Source: Sphingomonas sp. (lineage in GTDB: Bacteria; Pseudomonadota; Alphaproteobacteria; Sphingomonadales; Sphingomonadaceae). Taken from it: DNA of 64,000 nucleotides. The notes below the pieces were generated by a model. It was not told where the DNA came from. It made no database searches and saw only the letters and a program-made list of their open reading frames with translations. The stretch is from positions 1,860 through 65,859 of the forward strand of contig JANLQS010000132.1 in NCBI GenBank assembly GCA_031367995.1, read 5' to 3'. Shown here one piece after another: positions 58,515 to 64,000 of the stretch (its first letter is position 1; each line of letters starts with the position of its first letter). A program made the position numbers and the translations under genes.

Positions 58515-58540
58515 GGAACCCTGCCTCTCCGTGAGCCGTT
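58515..58540 (+). promoter_or_regulatory. EcfG (sigma-T) general stress response promoter
   Basis: GGAAC-N17-CGTT, ending about 25 nt upstream of ATG 58566. Confidence 0.8.
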
Positions 58541-58565
58541 TAGTCGGGTTCAAAGGAGAGTTTCG

Positions 58566-59615
58566 ATGACCAAGTTCCTTCTCGCCGCCGGCGTTGCCGC
58601 GCTGGCGATCTCCGCGCCGGCCCTGGCTGGCCCTGGTGGCGGCCACGGTGGCGGCCAGGGCGGTGGCGGTGACCATGGCGGTGGCCATGGCGCGATGGCG
58701 ATGGGCGGCCCCGGCGGTCATGGTGGCGGCCACGGCGGTGGCGGCGACAAGCATGGCGGCGCGATGATGCGCATGGATCGTGGCGGCGGGATGAAGCAGG
58801 CGATGCGGGCCGAACACCGCCACATGGCGATGCGTCGTAGCGTCGAGCATGGTCGAATGAACGGCGATCGCGTCCGCATGGCCTCGCGCCATGACGTAGG
58901 TCACGCCGCCAGCCGCATGAACGATGGCGTGCGTGTGCGTGACCTTGCCAACGCCGGCGACCGCCGCGGCTACCAGTCGGGCTACGGCCTCGACGGCCGC
59001 TCGCTCGGCCTGGTCGACGGCTGCCCCCCGGGCCTAGCCGCCAAGCATAACGGCTGCCTGCCCCCGGGCCAGGCCAGGAAATTGGTCGGCGCTGCGCTGC
59101 CCAGCGCTTATGCCCGCTCGATGCTGTCGGGCCCGTACAGCAATTGGTACCGCGACGATCAGCGTTACCAGTACCGCATGGGCGACGATTACATCTATCG
59201 CGTCGACCGCAGCAACAATCTCGTCAACGCCCTGATTCCGTACGTCTCGCGGGATTACGGTTATTATCCCGTGGGTCAGATGTACCCGTCGGACTTCAAC
59301 TATTACAACGTGCCCAACCAATATCAGTCTTATTACCCCGACGGCGGGCAATATGACTATCGCTACGGCAACAACGCCATCTACAGCCTCGACCCGAAGA
59401 CGCAGGCGATTCAGTCGATCGTCGCGTTGCTCGCCGGGGATCTCGGCGTCGGCCAGCAGCTGCCGCAGAATTACGGCGTCTACAACGTGCCGCTGCAGTA
59501 CCGCGATCGCTATGCCGACAGCGCCACCGATATGTACCGCTACAATGACGGCTACATCTACCGCGCCGATCCGACCTCGCGCCTGATCACCGCGGTCATT
59601 AGCGCCCTCGGCTAA
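58566..59615 (+). CDS. Secreted Gly/His/Met-rich protein with three Tyr-rich RcnB-like repeats
   Basis: Signal peptide, GGGHGG repeats, GCPPGLAAKHNGCLPPGQARK, three VGxxLP...YR.....IY..D repeats. Confidence 0.8.
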   Translation: MTKFLLAAGVAALAISAPALAGPGGGHGGGQGGGGDHGGGHGAMAMGGPGGHGGGHGGGGDKHGGAMMRMDRGGGMKQAMRAEHRHMAMRRSVEHGRMNGDRVRMASRHDVGHAASRMNDGVRVRDLANAGDRRGYQSGYGLDGRSLGLVDGCPPGLAAKHNGCLPPGQARKLVGAALPSAYARSMLSGPYSNWYRDDQRYQYRMGDDYIYRVDRSNNLVNALIPYVSRDYGYYPVGQMYPSDFNYYNVPNQYQSYYPDGGQYDYRYGNNAIYSLDPKTQAIQSIVALLAGDLGVGQQLPQNYGVYNVPLQYRDRYADSATDMYRYNDGYIYRADPTSRLITAVISALG

Positions 59616-59629
59616 CAACAGACACCGGT

Positions 59630-59651
59630 CCCGCGGCCTTCGGGCCGCGGG
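59630..59651 (+). other. Stable intergenic hairpin with UUCG tetraloop
   Basis: CCCGCGGCC-TTCG-GGCCGCGGG, no U-tract. Confidence 0.6.
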
Positions 59652-59670
59652 CCTCCTATGGGAGAAGATC

Positions 59671-60234
59671 GTGAAGTTTCGCACCCAATTCGCCGCCGCC
59701 ACGGCGGTCACGCTGTTGCTTGTCAGCGCTTGCGGCAAGCCCGGCGACAAAGCCGCCACGCCGACCGAAACCGCGACCAAGGCAGCCGGCGGCGACACCA
59801 TCGCCAGCGGGCTTGGCGACGCCACCAAATTCTCGGCCGCGGCCAAGGCCGTCGGGCTCGACGCGACGCTCGCCGGTCCGGGCCCCTACACCGTGCTGGT
59901 TCCGACCGACGCGGCTTTCGGCAAGCTTCCGGCCGGCGCGCTCGACACGCTGATGAAGCCCGAATCCCGCGCCAGCCTGACCGGCATTCTCAGCTATCAC
60001 ATCCTGCCCGGGACGATGCTGGCGGCGGATATTGCCAAGGCGATCGACGCTGGCGGTGGCAAGACCGAAATCGCGACGATGGGCGGCGGCAACCTGGTCG
60101 CCACCAGGGACGGCGACAAGATCGTCTTTACCGACAGCGCCGGAACCAAGGCGGTCGTGACCGCCGCTGACGAAAAACGGTCGAACGGCGTCGTCCATAT
60201 GGTCGATTCGGTCCTGATGCCGTCGAAAAAATGA
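59671..60234 (+). CDS. Fasciclin (FAS1) domain lipoprotein
   Basis: Lipobox VSAC, GPYTVLVPTDAAF, ILSYHI, SNGVVHMVDSVLMP. Confidence 0.92.
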   Translation: MKFRTQFAAATAVTLLLVSACGKPGDKAATPTETATKAAGGDTIASGLGDATKFSAAAKAVGLDATLAGPGPYTVLVPTDAAFGKLPAGALDTLMKPESRASLTGILSYHILPGTMLAADIAKAIDAGGGKTEIATMGGGNLVATRDGDKIVFTDSAGTKAVVTAADEKRSNGVVHMVDSVLMPSKK

Positions 60235-60359
60235 CCTTCGCGGGGACTCGCTAGGCGAAACGGCATCCGCCCGTTCGCCTGGCGCGCCTTTCCTCTGGCA
60301 AGCTCGATTGGCCTCGCTATAACGAGGGCCGGCACGCGACACAGGGGCAAGGCAAGGCA

Positions 60360-61463
60360 ATGCAGGCGACGATCGAACGGGCGACCCTTCTCAAGAGCCT
60401 GGGCCATGTCCAGTCGGTGGTTGAGCGGCGCAACACCATCCCCATCCTGTCCAACGTCATGATCGACGCGCAGGGCGACGGCTCGATCCGGCTGATGGCC
60501 ACGGATCTCGACCTTCAGGTCGACGAGAGCGTTCCCGCGCAGGTCAGTCAACCGGGGGCGACGACCGTTTCCGCCCACACCTTTTTCGACATCGTCCGCA
60601 AGCTGCCTGAGGGTAGCCAGGTCGAACTCAGCGCCGCCGACGGCAAGATGCAGGTCGTCGCCGGGCGCGCCCGCTTCAACTTGTCGACCCTGCCGCGCGA
60701 CGATTTTCCGGTGATCGCCGAGGGTGAGCTCCCGACCCGTTTCGAACTGCCCGCCGCGACCCTCCGCCAGATCATCGACAAGACCAAGTTTGCCATCTCC
60801 AGCGAAGAAACGCGTTACTATCTGATGGGCATCTTCCTCCATGTCGCCGACGACAAGATGAAGGCCGCGGCGACCGACGGCCATCGGCTGGCGCGGGTCA
60901 CGGTCGACAAGCCCGAGGGCGCCGACGGCATGCCCGACATCATCATCCCCAAGAAATGCGTCAACGAATTGCGCAAATTGCTCGACGAGCTCGAAGGCAC
61001 GGTCGAAGTGTCGCTGTCGCCGACGAAAATACGCTTCGGCCTGGGCAGCGCGGTGCTGACCTCGAAGCTGATCGACGGCACTTTCCCCGACTATAACCGG
61101 GTCATCCCGACCGGCAACGACAAGCTATTGAAGCTCGATCCGAAGAGCTTCATGGCCGGGGTCGACCGCGTCGCCACCATCGCCAGCGAGAAGACCCGCG
61201 CGGTCAAGATGGCGGTCGACCGCGACAAGGTGACGTTGAGCGTGACCAGCCCCGAAAACGGCCTGGCGGTCGAGGAAATCGCCGCCGATTACGGCAGCGA
61301 CGGGCTCGAGATAGGCTTCAACGCCCGCTATCTGATGGACATTCTCGCCCAGATCGATGGCGACAGCGTCGAGGTCCATCTGGCCGACGCCGCGGCCCCG
61401 ACCCTGCTGCGCGAGAATGACAAATCGAACGCGCTCTACGTGCTCATGCCGATGCGGGTCTAG
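60360..61463 (+). CDS. dnaN: DNA polymerase III beta clamp
   Basis: NTIPILSNV, ATDLD, ATDGHRLA, GTFPDY, YVLMPMRV. Confidence 0.98.
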   Translation: MQATIERATLLKSLGHVQSVVERRNTIPILSNVMIDAQGDGSIRLMATDLDLQVDESVPAQVSQPGATTVSAHTFFDIVRKLPEGSQVELSAADGKMQVVAGRARFNLSTLPRDDFPVIAEGELPTRFELPAATLRQIIDKTKFAISSEETRYYLMGIFLHVADDKMKAAATDGHRLARVTVDKPEGADGMPDIIIPKKCVNELRKLLDELEGTVEVSLSPTKIRFGLGSAVLTSKLIDGTFPDYNRVIPTGNDKLLKLDPKSFMAGVDRVATIASEKTRAVKMAVDRDKVTLSVTSPENGLAVEEIAADYGSDGLEIGFNARYLMDILAQIDGDSVEVHLADAAAPTLLRENDKSNALYVLMPMRV

Positions 61464-61493
61464 CGCGCGCCGCAACCAAGGACGCGACAACGG

Positions 61494-62558
61494 ATGACCG
61501 CACTCACCCGGCTCGCGCTCTCCAACTTTCGCAACCACGCCGATGCGATAATCGAGCCGGGATCCGGATTCGTGCTGCTATCCGGCCCCAACGGGGCGGG
61601 CAAAACCAATATTCTCGAAGCGGTGTCGCTGCTGACTCCAGGCCGCGGGCTTCGGCAAGTGCCGCTGTCCGACATGGCAAAGGCCGATGGGGCCGGCGGG
61701 TTCGCCGTCTCCGCGCGGCTTGGCACTTCGGTCGAACTCGGCATCGGCACCCTCGCCACCGCCCCGGAACGGCGCCAGGTCCGCATCAACGGCGCCCCGG
61801 CCAGCGTCAACTCGCTATCCGAATGGCTAAGCGTCTTGTGGCTGACGCCCGCGATGGACCGCCTGTTTACCGACAGCGCCGGAGGTCGCCGGCGCTTTCT
61901 CGACCGCCTGACGCTGGCGCTCGAACCCGGTCACGCGACCCATGCCGCGCGCTACGAAGCGGCGATGCGCGCGCGCAACAAATTGCTCGCAGAGCCCGAC
62001 GGCGCCGACCCGCAATGGCTCGCCGCGCTCGAGCTTGGGATGGCCGAGCATGGCGCGGCGCTCGCCGGGGCACGGGCGCGGGCAGTGGCCGCGCTGAGCG
62101 AAACGATCGCCACGCTGGCCAACGACGACTTCCCCCGCGCCGGCTTGGCGCTGGAAGGCTGGGACGGCGACGATCTTGGCGCGGCGCTGAAGGCCAGCCG
62201 CGGGCGCGACGCCGCCGCCGGGCGGGCAACCGCCGGCCCTCACCGGCAGGATCTCGGCGTCACCCACGTGGCCAAGGGCCAACCGGCGGCGCGTGGCTCG
62301 ACCGGCGAGCAGAAGGCACTCCTTATCGGGCTGGTACTGGCCCACGCCGAATTGGTCGCCAGCCGCCGCGGGGCACCGCCGATCCTGTTGCTCGATGAGG
62401 TCGCCGCCCACCTTGATCCGCAGCGCCGGGCCGCGCTGTTCGATCGGCTTGCGGGTCGCGGTCAAGTGTGGCTGACGGCGACCGAGCCGGAGCTGTTCGC
62501 GACCATCGGCGAGGCGACGCGTTTCCGTATCGCCAGCGGAACAATCGGCCCGGGCTAA
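61494..62558 (+). CDS. recF: DNA replication/repair protein RecF
   Basis: [49 protein letters not shown]. Confidence 0.96.
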   Translation: MTALTRLALSNFRNHADAIIEPGSGFVLLSGPNGAGKTNILEAVSLLTPGRGLRQVPLSDMAKADGAGGFAVSARLGTSVELGIGTLATAPERRQVRINGAPASVNSLSEWLSVLWLTPAMDRLFTDSAGGRRRFLDRLTLALEPGHATHAARYEAAMRARNKLLAEPDGADPQWLAALELGMAEHGAALAGARARAVAALSETIATLANDDFPRAGLALEGWDGDDLGAALKASRGRDAAAGRATAGPHRQDLGVTHVAKGQPAARGSTGEQKALLIGLVLAHAELVASRRGAPPILLLDEVAAHLDPQRRAALFDRLAGRGQVWLTATEPELFATIGEATRFRIASGTIGPG

Positions 62559-62566
62559 GACAAAAC

Positions 62567-62594
62567 TGGACATTCGGCAAAAACACCCTATATC
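62567..62594 (+). promoter_or_regulatory. Probable sigma70 promoter of the DEAD-box helicase gene
   Basis: TGGACA-N16-TATATC in an AT-rich patch about 200 nt upstream of the start codon. Confidence 0.5.
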
Positions 62595-62793
62595 GCACTG
62601 CAACACGAGACGCCCAGCAAGCGGCGTGATCGGCCCGACTTTCACAGGAAGCCCAGTCTTCCAGCGAAAATGGGACCCGGCCCGCGTCTCGACCCAGCTT
62701 CAAACGCTCTCCATTTCACGCGGGGTGCTCAACCAACCCCCGGTCGAGCCGCGCCTCTGTGCGCGGTCGATCGTTTTGCATATTGGACTTTTA

Positions 62794-64000
62794 GTGACCA
62801 AATTTACCGACCTTGGGCTCTCGCAGCCCCTCCTCGACGCGCTTGCGACGAAGAATTATTCGCAGCCGACGCCGATCCAGGTGCAGGCCATCCCGACCGT
62901 CCTCACCGGACGCGATCTGCTCGGCATCGCCCAGACCGGCACCGGCAAGACCGCGGCGTTCATGCTGCCGTCGCTCGACCGGCTGGCCAATCCGCGCGTA
63001 CATCCGATCGCCAAGCGCGCCCGGATGCTGGTGCTCGCCCCGACCCGTGAGCTCGCCTCGCAGATCGCCGAGAGCGCCCGCACCTACGCCAGGAACATCA
63101 ACCTCACCGTCGGCGTCGTGTTCGGCGGGACCGCGCCCAACAAGAGCGTGCGCGATGTCGCCCGCGGGCTCGACGTTCTCGTCGCCACCCCGGGCCGCCT
63201 GCTCGACCTCGTCGACCAGCGCGCGCTCGATCTGTCGCGGCTCGAAATCCTCGTCCTCGACGAGGCCGACCAGATGCTGGATCTCGGCTTCATCCACGCG
63301 CTCAAGCGGATCGTTCAACTGGTGCCCAAGCAGCGCCAGACTCTGTTCTTCTCGGCCACCATGCCGAAGGCGATCAAGCAATTGGCCGACGCCTATCTGA
63401 CCAACCCGGCCGAAGTGTCGGTGACCCCGTCGGCGACCACGGTCGAGCGGATCTCGCAGACCGTGACCTTCGTCAACCAGGCGGAGAAAGCGGCGCTGCT
63501 GTGTCTCACCTTGCAGTCGGCCGAGGTCGAGCGCGCGCTGGTGTTTAGCCGCACCAAGCACGGCGCCGACAAGATCGTCCGTCAGCTTGCGGCGTCGGGC
63601 ATCGAGGCCTCGGCGATCCACGGCAACAAATCGCAGCCGCAGCGCGAGCGCGCCATCGCGGCGTTCAAGTCGGGCCACACCAAGGTGCTGATCGCGACCG
63701 ACATCGCCGCCCGCGGGATCGACATCCCGGGTGTCAGCCACGTCGTCAACTTCGACCTGCCCGACGTGCCCGAACAATATGTCCACCGCATTGGCCGCAC
63801 CGCGCGCGCGGGCGCCGATGGCATCGCGGTCGCCTTCTGCTCGCCCGACGAGAAGATCAATTTGCGCGATATCGAGAAACTGACTCGCCTGAAGGTCGAC
63901 ACCAAGCCGCTGCCGGAAGGCTTCATGGCCGCCGTGTCGGCGCTCAAGGCCCTTAAGCTCCCGGCGCAGCGCGAGGAGCGCGACCCCCGCGCCAGCGGCC
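62794..64000 (+). CDS. DEAD-box RNA helicase (RhlE-like), truncated by window end
   Basis: GTG start then TKFTDLGL, PTPIQ, AQTGTGKT, PTRELA, DEAD, SAT, ARGID, HRIGRTARAG. Confidence 0.95.
   Translation, partial: MTKFTDLGLSQPLLDALATKNYSQPTPIQVQAIPTVLTGRDLLGIAQTGTGKTAAFMLPSLDRLANPRVHPIAKRARMLVLAPTRELASQIAESARTYARNINLTVGVVFGGTAPNKSVRDVARGLDVLVATPGRLLDLVDQRALDLSRLEILVLDEADQMLDLGFIHALKRIVQLVPKQRQTLFFSATMPKAIKQLADAYLTNPAEVSVTPSATTVERISQTVTFVNQAEKAALLCLTLQSAEVERALVFSRTKHGADKIVRQLAASGIEASAIHGNKSQPQRERAIAAFKSGHTKVLIATDIAARGIDIPGVSHVVNFDLPDVPEQYVHRIGRTARAGADGIAVAFCSPDEKINLRDIEKLTRLKVDTKPLPEGFMAAVSALKALKLPAQREERDPRASG

Noticed and set aside
58625-58790. GGCGGCCACGGT-like tandem repeats as a CRISPR array or VNTR
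   Set aside because: In-frame Gly/His low-complexity coding sequence, with no repeat-spacer structure and no cas genes.
60235-62558. Origin near dnaN-recF, or loss of dnaA and gyrB
   Set aside because: No DnaA-box cluster here. The dnaA-dnaN-recF-gyrB block is often split in alphaproteobacteria, and the genes may lie outside the window.

Overview
GC-rich alphaproteobacterial chromosome window. Gene content and order point to Sphingomonadaceae (Sphingomonas-like). It spans the replication origin region: dnaQ-coaE-aroE-maf <oriC> hemE-hemJ-rho-mnmE-mnmG-rsmG-parA-parB with two parS sites, and holA-lptE-leuS. Other housekeeping loci are pheST, ftsEX, a ZitP-like gene, tRNA-Leu(GAG), riboflavin genes, ssb, bamE, dnaN-recF and a DEAD-box helicase. 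No mobile elements or CRISPR arrays were seen. Four things stand out. (1) RibB carries an N-terminal helix-turn-helix-like extension, and a perfect palindrome sits inside its own apparently leaderless promoter, suggesting an enzyme that is also a repressor. It comes with a reciprocal pair of half-dead RibBA paralogs. (2) A DUF4402-type chaperone-usher pilus locus has a GGTWA-N9-TWACC (CtrA-like) box upstream of the chaperone-usher unit and of each pilin gene, and a 72-aa secreted mini-protein with a pilin-like strand shares the box. (3) A candidate small RNA with C-rich loops and a competing terminator hairpin lies upstream of xth. (4) A His/Met-rich secreted repeat protein with an EcfG-type promoter is paired with a fasciclin lipoprotein. 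All family calls come from motif recognition by eye. No searches were run.
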